In this document: positions 27,130 through 40,899 of the stretch, piece by piece
Layout of the letters: the number at the start of each line of letters is the position of its first letter
Numbering within the stretch: the first letter of the stretch is position 1
Assembly (NCBI RefSeq): GCF_036321535.1
Contig: NC_087438.1
Coordinates: 45,632,001-45,696,000, forward strand
Direction of reading: 5' to 3'
DNA: 64,000 bases
Source: Camelus dromedarius
Lineage: Eukaryota
Program-made: the position numbers and the translations under genes
Notes under the pieces: model-generated
The model's database searches: none
The model's input: the letters and a program-made list of their open reading frames with translations, nothing else
Told to the model about the DNA's origin: nothing

Positions 27130-27240
27130 TTTATTACGTGCTTACTTTGTGCCAAGTACTGGGCTGGACACTGAGGTCACCATAATGAACATGGCATCTT
27201 CACTGCCTTCAGTGAAGCTCACAACCTAGTGGAGGGAAGC
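27130..27240 (-). mobile_element. L2 3' end
   Basis: gtgcttactttgtgccaagtactgggctggacactgagg...gctcacaacctagtggaggga. Confidence 0.7.
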
Positions 27241-29533
27241 AGGGAGCGTGGGCCGGGTGCCATCCCAGCAATGTGAACAGCGAACCTCGGGAATGGGAGG
27301 AGGTCCCATCCTTCACCCCTGCCATGAGCTCCTCCCAGGCATCATTGCCCTTTCCTCTCTCTGGGGTCTCAGTTGCTGGGGCTACAGTGCCCCTCCTCAG
27401 GTTGTCGGAGCAGGAGGAGGGAGTGGGTAACCTCCCACGGAGTCTGGGATCTCAGCAACAGGGGGAATCCATATGTGGTTCCCTGGCATTGCCAGGCCCC
27501 CCGACCCCTGCCTCCCACCCCTTGTAATTCCTCCTGCTGTCACCACCCACGCCCCGACATCATTGGCAAAAGAGAGAGGACTGGATTATTCCCATTGAAC
27601 TTGACATACTTAGAAATTGTAAGTGAGTTAGGTTTCCATACATATTTACCAAAACTACTTCTACCCATAATACCAGTGGAATCTCATTCACAGTCATCAC
27701 CCCATGGCTGTTAAGAATCCCTCGAGTGGAATAGACTTTGGTGGTCCAATCTGGGGACCCTACCCCCCTTTTATAACATTTTTGGGGGAAAATGTGTTCC
27801 CAGTTTTGCACAACCAGCTGACAAATGAGCCTGAGAAACACAATCCATATGTCAGTTGGAGACTTCCTGTATTGACGTCCAGCTGCCCTGGGAGAGCCCA
27901 GCTTTGCAGGCACTTGTACGTCCCAGCCTTCTGCTCCTAAAAGCAATGCTGCTGGGGAATTTGAATTGACTCTCGGAGCTTTGAGGTTAGTTACGCAATT
28001 TCAAAACCTGCTTACTAGCACCCCGGAGCTGAAGGAAACCTAATTCATATTCTGAAAGGTCCTTTGACATCAAAAGTGTGTGTGTTTACCTTCTATGTAC
28101 ATAGTAAAATTAACCTGGTGCTCCAACAGCTTATTGCTTGTGACTCCCCATGGGATTAAGGAAGTGAGGGAAATGATGAATTTCCTGGCACAGTAATCAA
28201 CCCTTAGACTTAAAGATTTATCTGTAAAGCCTCTCAGTCTGCGATGGGTTATTGCTATTACTTTCAAATAAAGCTCCCATTTAAATTATCCTGGGGCTTT
28301 TGTTGTTTGGCCAGGAGATTCTTGAACATGGGTGATACAGTGGTTCTTTTGGCTAACAGTGCCTTTGTTGTACTAGAAGTTAAAATTCCTGGGTTCTAGG
28401 TTTGATTTTAAAATAGCAATTTATTAAGTGGGTTCTTGAGAAAGCCTTTCCAACACATATCTGGTAGCCTTGCTGTACCTGAGATGACTCAGGGGTTCTT
28501 GGTTCAGCAGAGGGAAGGTGTAAACAGTGTTTCTGAGTTGTTTTCTCAAGGAACCCTGCAATGTTTAAAAAATTTTATACTGAATATCTTGATGAGCCCT
28601 ACTGGTCCTCAAGGTTTTTACTTATTTGGTTGAACTAAGGGGGTTGAATGTTCATGAGCCATTGACTAACACTCACAGGAAGTACACCAAAGGATGCTGA
28701 AGTCAGTCTGTAGGTTGCAGTTGGGGTATGTGGAAAGGTGGGTTCCTGTAGACGTGGATTCATCAGCTACTGATTTTGGATGGTAGACCCAGGTGCATAA
28801 AGTAGGGGCCTTTCTTGTGGGCCAGAATGACGACTCCTTTCTTGCAAATGTTCCAGCCTCTTCGTTAGTCCATCCTTCAGACTTTGCAAGTTTGAAAATC
28901 GAGTCTGTCTCTGTCCACAGAGGAAGGCAGGGTGTTGATAGCATCCTGAGAGAGCTAGAGAAAGGAGCAAACTCAGTGTTATCCAAGGTGGGCCTCAGAT
29001 CAGAGTTCTACTGGGCCCCCACCCTGCTAGGGGGTTGGTGGAGCCTTGGCTATGTGTGCAAGGAATGGCTGACCTTGGAGATGTTCTGGTTGGATCACGA
29101 GTTTGGGCTTGGAAAGCACGGCCTCAAGTTCTCCAGCAGGAATGAGGCAGAATTCACGATGTGGTGTCTTAAGACCTTTACATTTGCCAAGTGTTTGAGC
29201 AATCCCTCACATCTCCCTGTGGAAGGGAAGAGCTGTGCCTTGTCCCACAGTGAGTCCAGCAGAGATGCAAAAGGTCTGTACCTTGCATCTCTTGTCTGCT
29301 GTTTAGATTAAGACCTGGACCATCTTAGACCACTCTGGGCTCCCTGTCCCCACCCTGAGGCTCAGCAGAATTACAGGCCCAATTTCAGGCCGGCTTGAGG
29401 AGTCTGTGTCTGATGATGGGCAAGTACCTACATGTGTCTTTCATTATTCCGTTGCCTTAGGAGATGCTGTTTAAGTTGGCAGATACACTTATTGAAAGCA
29501 AAGCTTGTCGCTGGTAAGATTACTGATTTCACC

Positions 29534-29559
<26 letters not shown>
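29534..29559 (+). repeat. A26 homopolymer
   Basis: Direct reading. Confidence 0.95.
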
Positions 29560-29567
<8 letters not shown>

Positions 29568-31479
29568 TGCCAAGGGAGAGGGAGGGGAGTGTGTAGCATT
29601 TAAAAGTGTGGTGAAGCCATCAAGTTAACAAGAAAAAGTAAAATAAAATGTGGTTTCAATTTGTTGTGCTGGGCTTGGGATGATAATGTTTCAATAGTAA
29701 ACTGTAGAGGGAGAGAGAGGGGGAGACTGATTTCTGAATTTCAAAATCCTAGAAGTTATTTAGAAGTCATAATTTGTTTCCGTCCCCAGGTCTGTACCAT
29801 AGTAAATCAGTATTTTTCACAGGACTTGCTGTTGGTGAGAACAAGGGTAGCAGTTCCTAGGTCAGAGGTCCCCAGCCTTTCAGTAGGGAGGAACCACTTT
29901 TTATCTCCTGAAGCCTTGAGTCCTTGGGGCAGAGCCTATGGGGAGTATTGAATGACCCATCCTGACTCTTAACAATTCTTACCTATGTGGCATCCCGCTG
30001 CCATCCAGTGGCAGCTGCCTGGACAGTTCAGTAGCTATAAAATCCACCTCATTTTGCCCTCTCTCCCTCCTTCTAGTTTAGCGCCCCCCCCACCCCCACC
30101 AGATAATACCTGACACAGTATTTGTTGGAAAACATTGATTCTATGTTTGGCTTCAGTAATTCAGGGTCAACATGACTTGATGTCCCTTGTCCCCTCTTCC
30201 CAGCAGTACTCATTATTATCTGCATTGCAGGTTTTCCTCCCCCAATTAGTGATAATACGCGTACTTTCTCCTTGAATGTTAGTGTTTCCTCGGCTAAAGA
30301 ATTAATGGTTGGTGGTATTTCTGCTTGTTATCGTTTTAAGTCAAAGTGGGTCTTCGTTTGTATCTTTGTGTTTATGCTCTTAAATGTGGTTTCCCAGTTC
30401 CCAAGATTGTTTCATGACACTTATCCTATATTTCAGACAAGAATTTATGTGTCCCGTAGGATTCGAGCCGGACTTGGATTAAGAGCCAGCTAGCAAATGG
30501 AATTATTCTGTCTTGTGAAAGGTTCCAGCCCTTTAAAAACTCAACTCAGAAACAGAAAACAAATATTCTTGGGAAGAAACTGGGTTTGTTAGTACTTGGC
30601 GAGAAATTGTCGGAAAGGAAGGAACATTTCCTCTGGCCTCAGGAGCACATTCGATGTGAAATATTACTGTTTTTAAAAGAGTTAAACTTAAATTTATCTC
30701 TGGCTCATTTATTTGACTTAAAAATAACTGGATCTCGTCCTTATTTTTTTAAAAAGGCTCAGAATCCTGTTTTAAATAAAATGATAGTTCAGAATTTAGG
30801 CGAGATGCTCCTGACATCAGCTATTAACTAAAAACACCTGGGACTTACAGAGATGCTTGCAAATATCTACATGAGCTGGGGGGATTGGTGAAATGTGGTA
30901 CCAATTAGTTCCAGCAGCACACACTTGCCTTGCTCAAGTCCTTTATGGTAAATGAGACACATGTTTCATCCATACTGTGTGTCGTCATCTTCTCTCAGCA
31001 CTGGACTAAGCAGGTGGGACGTTTATAGTCAGAGGAATGACTGAAGACAATGAACTATCAGCCAAAAGAGCTATTCAGTGTCTTTCTTTTCCCATGAATC
31101 CCATTTTTGGAATTTTGTATTTTTATAAACTTACCAGAATCCTGAGTAATTTTGAAATGTCTGCCACTTGGTCCTAAATGTGGCAAATAAACGGGAGACT
31201 GCATCCTTGAACGTCCTGTGAAGCAGTTGTTGACCCACTGGTGTTGGAGCAAACTTCCGAGGGCGGCTCTGTGAACTCCCTTGTGTTCTGGCCCAGTCAG
31301 CAGCAGCAGACAGGAAGCAGACCAGGAGGGACTTGCCCCTGACAGAAGGATGATCTGCATCCTGAATTTAAGCATAAACTGTTTAGATCTTTCAGCGTTT
31401 GGTATGGTTGGGTCTTTTCCCTTGCCCTCTCCCCTTTTTAATTAGGATGGAAAACAGAAAGTTTACTGAACAGAATTTT

Positions 31480-31530
31480 GAGTGGAATTTTAGATTTGAA
31501 AAGGACCATGGAGATCATCTAGTCCAAACT
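31480..31530 (-). mobile_element. MIR3/MIRc fragment
   Basis: ttttagatttgaaaaggaccatggagatcatctagtccaa. Confidence 0.55.
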
Positions 31531-33448
31531 GGGGGGAAAAAAATCCAAAGGGGATAAATGATGTCAAGTTGGGACACTGGACTCTCTTCATAAAGCAGGA
31601 ATCATCTTAAGGTGTTTCCATCTTAGACCTCTATCCAAAAGGGTATCTTTACAAAGACTTTGTTTTAGTGATGTCTTCAATTTAAAAAAAAGAAAAACAA
31701 AACAAACAAACAAACAAAAACACCCTGTGTCAGGAATTCTAAGCATAAGGTTACAGTATGTTTCCTGAACACTGGTTTAATATTGAAGTCATTCTTACCT
31801 TGGTGTTAGTCTGAACAGACTGATAATTGTTTGAGTTAGTCACCATCTGCCAACTGTGTATAATTTTAATATGATTTAAGGGACAATACTCTTGGAAGTG
31901 CTAGCTGTGGTTCCTACCCATAATCAGTCATGTTTCTTTTTTGTCTTAAAACTTTGTATAATACAGGGAAGTACATTGCATAAGTATAGTCTCCTGCCAC
32001 CACCGGCCCCCACCCCACCCGCCCTGCCAAAGAGGCAAGTGAAGCAGTATCTTAGATTAAATCAGGGTTTCCTGAGGTTCCAGAATCTTATTCCTAAATT
32101 TTCCACTGGGTAACCTCCAAATCCTTTTCTTGCCTTTGTCCCTAGTTGACATGAGTCAGGCCACGATTTGTACCGCGAATGGATGTGATGCTCCTCTTGA
32201 GGCTGTACTTGCCGGGAGGAGAAATCCTTCAAGGGAAATAAATCTATGATGCAACGTTAGTCGCCGGGTGTCTCCAGAAGTATTTTAGAGCGTAACTTGT
32301 GAGATTTCTAAATGGGGGATGAAACTTAACAGCGCCTAATTTTCTAAAATTACCAAAGGAGAATTGTTTCAGTCCCTGATTTGCAAAGTACTCACTTTTT
32401 AGTGCTCTTGAAATTTTTGTCAGATAAAGGTTTTTCCTTACCACGGATGTGGAAGGAATAGCCCACTCTTGCTGATAAAGGGAACTTAGCGTTGTGTGGG
32501 AACAAACGGTGGATTCAGGGCTTTTCCGGAGTCTTTGGAGGGATTCATTCTTGACCAAGCTATATGCGAATAGCATCTTTATCTGGGTCAGCCTGTGATC
32601 CAGCCTCATCACCTACTTCAGCCATAGAGTAAACAAATGTCACTTGTTAGCTGCTACTTCGTGACCCTAATGGACCAAGCATTAGTTTGAAGCCGTGCTC
32701 CGTGAAATCCTTCTTGAGGGATATGGATGAGTGATTTTGTAACGATAATGGGGGTTGGGGAAACGTGTAGGCTTGCTTATAATGATTGTATCTTCATTTT
32801 GATTCTCAGCCTCACTACGTTCACAGTATTCTTTTAGGATCCCAGCCTGACTCGTCCATGCTGCGCTGCTTTTTATAACTAGGAGGGAAATGGAGAGCAA
32901 AAGAGAAATACACTGGCTGTCAGCATGAAGCAGCTACTCCTTCTCTAGTATTGGTGTCTGTGGTCATTAATCGCTTTTGTAGTGGAGAGATTATAATATG
33001 AGCATCCATCGCTGTTCTGTGTTGGCTGGAACGTTATTTATGCTTTGTAGAAATTCCCAGGAAGTGGTGATTGGGACTTTGATCTGCAAGACATTTCACA
33101 TTAAAATACGGATAACATCTTCAAAAACCGCAAAGCCATCGGTTTTGCAGTCTTGGTAACTGAGTGCCTTTGTGGTGTGGTTTTATTCTTTTTTCTGAAG
33201 CACCTGGTTGCAGGTAGCAGGACACCCAATTCACAGGGGTGTATTCACTGAAATCTTTAAAAGCAAGTATCTGTTTATTCAAAGTAGCACATCACTCAAG
33301 CAACTTTGATTACCCCAACTAGCTGTTTTTCTCTCCGTAATGACATCCTGAACTGATTTACTAACCTGGGTCTTTCACCTCCTTGACCACTCCCCTCCAC
33401 CTTTCTCTTTCTTTGTCTAGTTCCTCTCTCTAGCTGTCTCTCAGATTG

Positions 33449-33471
33449 AAAAAAAAAAAAAAAAAAAAAAA
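33449..33471 (+). repeat. A23 homopolymer
   Basis: Direct reading. Confidence 0.95.
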
Positions 33472-34764
33472 GCACCCATATAAAAATCATTTTGTAATCT
33501 TTTAAGCAGTCTAGAAATTTAAGGCATGATTGTCATACTTCTTAATTTTACTGTTGAGGTATGAGGTTATGATCATCGTTGAAGCACTGACAGTGAGCAT
33601 GGCTGGCTGTCTTAAATGGTCATCTGGCCTCAGCTTTGCAAATTCTGCCACTAACTGGAGCATTTTAATGATCCTAATTAGACCCAATCTTATCATTCAT
33701 TCAAGTATTAGAGAATCACATATGTGATTCATACGAGAAGAGATTATGCCTGGAATTCTACCATTAGAAGAATTTTGCTGTAGACCCTCTTAAAATCAGC
33801 CCCATGCCTCTGACAGGACCACACAAAGCTTTGCTGGTCATTTCCATTTCAGTGTGATTGTTTATCAGACCCTCCCTAAGGGACTGGTTTTTGAGTGGGG
33901 TGGTGGGGGCACCAAGAGTGACCACCAGCCACTGAGCAGTCTCATGGCTAGGGGGGTGGGTTAGCAAGAGAGTGGGATAATGGAGGAATAAAAATATTGC
34001 CAAATTGGGAGAAAGATTTGGGAAGGGAGGACGAAGACGCTCAAGACAAGCCTCCTGCCTTTGAGTTGTGTCCAGGTGTTGCCCTGTCAAAGGTGGCCAC
34101 TATTGTGATAGATATGTTCCCCCCAGGGTCTAGGACTCTGCATGGTCCACAGCCGAGATGGGAGCCCCAGAAGAGCGGAGGGCTGCACCGCCCAGCCAGG
34201 CCCAGCTTACCTCCACCTCCTGCCATCTTTCTCTTCCTCAGTAGTTTGAACAATAAGAGCAAGGAAAGAAGTTCATGACTCAAGGAAATGTTGTAGATGG
34301 ACAGCAGAAGCCGCCTCTTCATTGGGAGAAGCCCCAAAGTGCCCTCTGCCCACAAATTCCAGCCCCTCTCATCTACCAGAGATGTCATGTTCAAACGTTC
34401 ACTTATGTGGGGTTACTTAGAGGTTTTTTGTTTGTTTCGGTTTTGTTTTTCTAACACCATACCGCCTTTTTATTGTTCATCAGTAATCTCTGAGTTATTC
34501 ATATGCCATAAGTGCTGGGTAAGGAAAGGCCTGTTACTTCTGGGTGTTAAAATCTTGGTAGTACATTACTTTAGGGTTTATGTTCAGCATTGTTAGCAGA
34601 ACTACGTAACACAATTGCTCTATTATTTGCAGACAGCAAGTTCAATTCATAACATATCCAGGGAGCATTTGGAAAGATCTTGGAAATGATAAACCACTCT
34701 CCATATAGTTAATGTCTAAGGAAAGTGAGCTCCAGAAAGCATCAACTTCGAGGAGTCCAGCGTT

Positions 34765-34930
34765 CATTCATTAGAGGCTTTTCCATGTCAGGCACTCCAC
34801 AGAGCGCTGGGCCCAGTGATTGGCATCCTTGCTCTGGATCCCTGCTCAGCGCTTACCACCCAGTGGAGGGGAGGCAGAGGTGTCATTTGAACCTGGGTCC
34901 AACTAATTCTAAAGTGACTGCTCTTCCATG
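34765..34930 (-). mobile_element. L2 end followed by MIR fragment
   Basis: cattcatt...atgtcaggcactccacagagcgctgg, then ggcagaggtgtcatttgaacctgggtc. Confidence 0.5.
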
Positions 34931-36757
34931 TACGTTAAGTAAACTACCTAAGGTCTCTTAATGAGGAATCTCAAATGGGTTGTAGTCTGTCCTAAGTTTT
35001 ATCTTCCACTTGTCGTCTTAGAATAAGAGTTCTTGAACATCTGGGGAGAAATGGACCCCTTGATAAATGCATTCAGTCAATCGATCACATCCTCTGGGTC
35101 CGGGTACAGTGAGTTCGGGGCACATTCCAGGAGTAACCTCCCCAAACCTATATTCTCCTGGTGATCTTGAGCCCTTTTCTTGAACTACGAGTTCACATCT
35201 GAAATGTCTCTTCTCGCTGTTCATTGCAGGCGGTGTGTACTCAGTTTTACAGACCGCACACTTCCTCATGAGAACCAGTTTCCTGGGATCATCATAAAGT
35301 AGCATATTATACCAAGCCTTGACCGCAGAGTCAAGCCCTAAAACCATCCAGATTGATACCTCGAAAGCCATGCTAGCTCGATAAACTCTCCACGTCAGTG
35401 GTCTTATGAGGGGCAAGCCCTTTCACACCTCTCCTCCGAAGTTCAGGTGTGGTACCCCTACTGCCTCCGGACTTGGAGGCCTCACCCCACAAAGAGCACC
35501 GAGCTCTAAGGAGCGCTCACTGCACATTTCTGTGCCTTTCTTGTAGCCTTTCCTGAATAAGAAGTTTTGATTCAGTGCCTTTTAGCTCTTTCTGCTGTTC
35601 CATTTCATCTGAATTAGGAACCTCTGGCCACCTCCAGGCCCTGCCACCAGGAAACATTTCACGTTTGGAGAAACCAGTAGCAGCTTGACTTTCTAAAAGA
35701 AACAGTTTCTCTTCTGGGACCAAACTGGAAGCAGATCTTTGAGCTGTGGAACTTTGTTTTCTTTAAGAAGTGTCAGGAGCTGAATTTAAATTTCACATTT
35801 CATGTATTTGGAAAAAGTCACATTTTTAGGACTAGAAGCAAGCAGCATGGGCACCTGCTGCAGGAAAGACAGCATTTGACAGCACAGGGTGTCGGGTTTC
35901 TGCACCCTCGTCCACAGCCCTGTGTTTTAGCAGAAGTATAAGAATGGATACATGAAATTATATGTTCTGGAAAGATGGAGATATTTGAGAAGTTGAGTGT
36001 AAAGCTGCTGGGCTGTAAAAATATACACGTTGGACCATCTCATCAGAAAGGATGCTCTCTAAGGTGCCTGCTGCTGCCTGTAACAGCAGGTCAGCATTTC
36101 TACCACCACCCTTTTATTCTGACTTCTGTTCATTTATCTTGCAGCAAATATCAGACATGTCAATGATCACTAATTTTATAAATGAAATTATTGCAGCTCA
36201 CACTGTTGAGATGTGAACCTAAGACCTTAGCTTTTCTGTCTTAATAGCCGGACTGTAGCAGCCTTTCCCTGATCATGGAAGCTTAAGTCAGCTGCGTCAG
36301 CAGCCTCTCTCTAGCTGGAGGTCCACAGACACATTTAATACATATTTTAAGGATAACCAGTAGCAGATGGCAAGCCATCAGATGAAACAATTGTACTAAT
36401 CACTGCATTTCTGAAGAACTGACTTACAGGCCCGCCTACCGTCCCGACCCCATGCCAGGCACTGTGACAGACATTAGGATCTGCTGGCTAGTGTTCTAGC
36501 AGGTTCTTAGTGTATAATGAACCCTGCAGGCGCCCCAGCTCCCAGTCAACCTGGACTCAGTGCCTTCACAGGAGGGTTAAAGCTGGTTTTACTCATTACA
36601 CACTGAGAGTAAAGAACACAGAACTCTTACTTGACCTTTTGGGACATAAGGAATATGGTTCTTTTTTGCATATCTTTTTAGTTTTGATTTCAAAGCTAAC
36701 ATAGTCTCCAGAGAACTAAATTTACATTGAGGCAAACCAAAGGCTGCCCTTCTAGGG

Positions 36758-37035
36758 CTGTGCCATCCAGTACAGGGCCCACCAGCCACATGTCGCAGTG
36801 ACATTGAGCCTTGGGAACGTGGCTGGTCTGAATTGAGATGTGCTATGAATGAAAAAAAAAAGAAAAACAAATGAAAAAGGTCAGATGGCTCTTTAATAAC
36901 TTCTATATTGATTATATGTTGAAATGATAATTTGGGGATCTATAATCAATAAAAGATTAAATTTTCACCTGTTTCTTTTTGCTGGTCCTAGGGCTACTAG
37001 AGAACTCTCTTAAATTACATAGATGGCTTATATTT
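36758..37035 (-). mobile_element. MER33 (hAT-Charlie DNA transposon)
   Basis: gtggctggtctgaattgagatgtgct...tatattgattatatgttgaaatgataat...ttcacctgtttcttttt...ggctactaga. Confidence 0.85.
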
Positions 37036-37624
37036 GGACCCCACCCCTTAAAAGCCCTGAATTTCTTGTATAAAGTCTACTCAATGACTGCTTTGCATAT
37101 CCTGTTGAATTTCTTTTCATGTCTATGTCTTTTCTTCCAAAATGAGCGATCAACTGGGAGAAGCCAGGACCTTGGAAACAGTCCATCTCACGCTGTGATT
37201 TTCAAGGATGGAGAGGAGTGGTGGTCACCATGCCTGGAAGCTCTCTCACTTGTGGGCACAGAGCGGATATTCTCAACATCCTGTAGAATCCTGTAGAATT
37301 TGAAAAATGCAGTCTGTAGGGATGTGGGCCAGTCAGGGAGCCGTGGTTCTTGGGCTTTCTGCTTCCAGGTCTGTTCTTTGACTGGGGAACTCGAGGCAGC
37401 TTGACAGTGTTTTCACCTAACTCTGTTGTCTGGCTGTCAGCAGCCCCAGTGTCCAGAGCAGTGCGCTGGACTATACCAAGAAAGGGTGCAGTCTTTGAAG
37501 AAAATGTGTTCCCTGAGCCACTCAGTAGGATGGCATTTAATTAGTACACAAGGATGCCTTATGAGGGAGCTGCCGTTACGTTCTCTAAGCCAGATAACTC
37601 CTTTCAGTTAAATCCGTTCTCTGA

Positions 37625-37790
37625 TGAGTACAGCTCTATGAGCCTGGACAAAGCACCTCACCTCTCTGAGCCTCAAGTTTTCCCCTGTGTAAAATGAGCA
37701 TGATGATAGAGCCTTCCTCATAGTGAGATCATTTCAGTAAAATAACTTAGCACAGTACCTGGCATATCCTGAATGTTACCCATTATTATT
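37625..37790 (+). mobile_element. MIR SINE
   Basis: cacctctctgagcctcaagttttcccctgtgtaaaatgag...ttagcacagtacctggcata. Confidence 0.8.
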
Positions 37791-38169
37791 GTTAATGTCT
37801 TGGTAATGAGAGCCTCAGTTACTGAGGACACTCTTCAGTATTTTATTCCTGATCTCGTGTGACTGGGGGTTATTTCCTGCTACCACATTTTTGAGAATGT
37901 GTTATTTTTCAAATGACTGAATGCCAGGTCCCCTCAGAGGGGAATGGATAAACTTACAAAGATCTAAGGTTTCGGGAATACAGCGGTTTCCTCTGAGTAT
38001 CACGATTTCTGATTAACCCCTCTACCTGTTTTATCATTGACGTTTGTACCCACTGATTGTGTAGATCACGACGTGCGTTGGTCAGAAGTCTCAAATGTTA
38101 GAAGAAACTGCATTTACAAGCAGCGTAATTCAGAAGCTCAAAGGGAAACTCCCCACAGGAGAAGTCACA

Positions 38170-38370
38170 GGGGAAGTAGGAAGAGCAGGGCCCTTGGATT
38201 CAAACAGATATGGGTTGTGGTACCTGCTCTGGCAGACACGAGTCACGTGACCTTGCTGCAGCCATCTGACCTCTCCGAGTCTTTCCCACGTTCAGAATAA
38301 GACCGATGGACTTGGCAAGGATTTTACCATGACTCAAGAAAATAACTTAAGTGACTAGAGCAGTATCTAA
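38170..38370 (+). mobile_element. MIR SINE
   Basis: aagagcagggcccttggattcaaacagatatggg...cacgtgaccttg...gacctctccgagtc. Confidence 0.65.
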
Positions 38371-39550
38371 GCCAGTGATTGCTCCCCCTCCCCCCATCCT
38401 CACTTGGCCTGACTTTCCTTGCTCTGGATTTCGTGATCTGCAGCCCCCACCCCCTAAATCATGATACACAGAAACTGGTTAGAGTTAGATTCTCTGATTT
38501 GTAGCAGCCATGATTTTGGAGTACATTTAAGAACATGTAGTTAGGTCTTCTGTTAGATCCACATACAGAAATGGGAGTAATATTTTAGTTCTTTTAAACT
38601 GACTGCTCATTCTGGCAAAGTGAAAGTTTATGTTTCACTCAAAAACACTTTCAAAAAAGTTACCCCTCCCCTGTTAGAAACTACAGGTTTAAATATCCTA
38701 GTGAAATATAACTAAATTTTGCCATTTTCCATATATTTAAATACATTTACTTAATTTACTTCTGCCACCCCGTATCTGAAGTAGGTTTTTGCTTGATGCC
38801 AACACCAACCATCCCCCAGGTGCCTATGATTTTTGCCAGATCTGCATCAGCATGGTGGCTTAAGAGAATATTGAGTTATTCTTAGAGTAATTCATGATTA
38901 AATGTAATTTAGTGATTTTATATTGGCCGTGTGATCTCCTTGACTTTTATCGTCACATCATGGAATTTTAAGAGCTAGAAACTATTTTAGAACTTAGGTA
39001 AACCTTACCACTTGACTGATACAGAAGTGAAGACCCAGAGATAAATTTTCCCCAGTCTATTTCTGACAGATCTAGAATTCATGTCCTTACGTATTGTCTG
39101 GTTTTTTTTTTCCTACTGTGACACAGTGGCTTTTCAGTTGTCTTTTGTATGATACAGTAACAGTCCTGCGTAGGCGTGGCATTTAATAGTGTTTTTTTTT
39201 AAACAAGAAGTCACAGAAAGGATGCAATATGTTATGAGACCCTAATTTTTAGTTTCTCCAATAGATTACATTCAGGTAATACCCAGAAAGTATTTTACAG
39301 ACTAAATTGAATCCGTCTTTAAAAGACTAATTCAAAAAGTGGCCAACAGGGGGAAATCTAATACAGCCTTTTGTATTACTTCATTTAACTTCTAGCCCCT
39401 TTTAAAATTACTACCCAAGCTCCTTTTGAAGCCAGCAAAAAACATCTGTTGATTTATTTATAGCCACAATTTCTAAGAATCATATTCTATAGCAGGTGAA
39501 AAAGTAGTTGACAGCTCGTAATTCATAAAGTTACTAAGACCTAATCTAAT

Positions 39551-39565
39551 AGAACAAAATGTACA
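39551..39565. promoter_or_regulatory. Near-consensus glucocorticoid response element
   Basis: AGAACA-aaa-TGTACA keeps the GnACAnnnTGTnC core. Confidence 0.45.
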
Positions 39566-40777
39566 AAACCAGCTCCCGTGGTGCCGGCCCTAACACTTCC
39601 CTTTCAACTGAAGACTGAAGTTTCAGCTGCAACAGAAAAGTGGAGCAGAGGTTGCTCTGGCTGGGAAGAAAGAGGCCACTGGGAGCAGAGGACACAGAAA
39701 GGGGGGCTGGGGTGAGGCCTGCCGTGACCAGTGATTGCTCGCACCCCTGGGTCCTTTTTCATTAACATCACAAGTATTTCCATTGTAGAAAACCATATTT
39801 CTGACCATTCTCACTTCTCACTGGGAAGTTTGAGCAGGGTGCTACCTACAAATTGTTTTTTTTTTTTACTTTGTATTTTCTATCAAAAATCAACATCTAA
39901 AGTATTGATTAAAGTGACTGATGGAATACTTCCGTATCTGGGCCAAGCTGAACTTTTTACTTGACTTGTCTGCTTTGACCACTTGCTTATTGGACATTAG
40001 CCACTTCCCCCTGCTGGCTTGTAAGCAATTATAAAAATACACCCACTCCTCAGATATCACCGATCTATTATTTTTTGGCTTGCTGCTGATAATCTTTTGG
40101 GGAACATAGATTTCTTTCTATAACCAATATGTATTTTGTATTTTACTTCTGTTCTATCTGTAGGACCTCCTGTGTATCCCAGTTTTTTAAAAAAAAGTCT
40201 CTGTAGCATATACATGGTATAAGTAGTACTATTTCTTACCCTTTGCTTTTATTTGAGAATTTAATGATACGATCCAACTGCTGCCCAGTTTGACCCATCT
40301 AAAATTGTTATCCTTAAAAAGAAATTCATGTCCAGAACAAGTCCATGGACTTCTCTAGCTGAGAGGTGAATAGCCTCTTGTTTATCATATGATTATCGTA
40401 TACTGTGACGTGGGAGAATTTATTAGCTGACTGGAATAACGTTTGTCTGAGGTAGTGAAAGTACTGCTCTATCTTTTTTTTTAACTTTGATTCCTCACAA
40501 AGTTGTTATGGTTGTGTTTACTTTTATCTCATAATTGCTACCCTTTATTGTATATGTGGATAGCTTAGTTTTGCATCAGTGATTTTGTAAAGCATTTAAT
40601 CAAAAATATGATTAAATACTGTCTTCCTTTCTTTGTCTTCTGCATTAGATAAGAAATTTTCTATTCAGTTATTTTCAGCCCCTTTGCCTTTCTCGCCTTT
40701 ATTTTTTTTCTTCCCAGTCCTATAGACACGTCATCTTTTTCCTTTTCTCTAGCTCTTTGATCATGAACACTTTAAGT

Positions 40778-40819
40778 CCCTTCATATCCTTATTAAGCCC
40801 CTTCATATCCTTATTAAGC
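40778..40819 (+). repeat. Exact 21-bp tandem duplication
   Basis: (cccttcatatccttattaagc)x2. Confidence 0.95.
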
Positions 40820-40862
40820 ATCTTATTAATATCTCATTTTAGAATCCTGAGACATACGTTAC

Positions 40863-40868
<6 letters not shown>

Positions 40869-40896
<28 letters not shown>
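40869..40896 (+). repeat. (TG)14 microsatellite
   Basis: Direct reading. Confidence 0.97.

Positions 40897-40899
<3 letters not shown>

Noticed and set aside
28793-29311. 172-aa ORF
   Set aside because: No recognisable homology or splice context; within chance length for 64 kb in six frames
30581-30605. Resemblance to 5S rRNA (gttagtacttgg)
   Set aside because: Only about 12 nt match and no flanking similarity; not a 5S gene or 5S-derived SINE
24226-33471. Three A23-26 runs as orphan retrotransposon tails
   Set aside because: No element body or target-site duplication visible; slippage is sufficient
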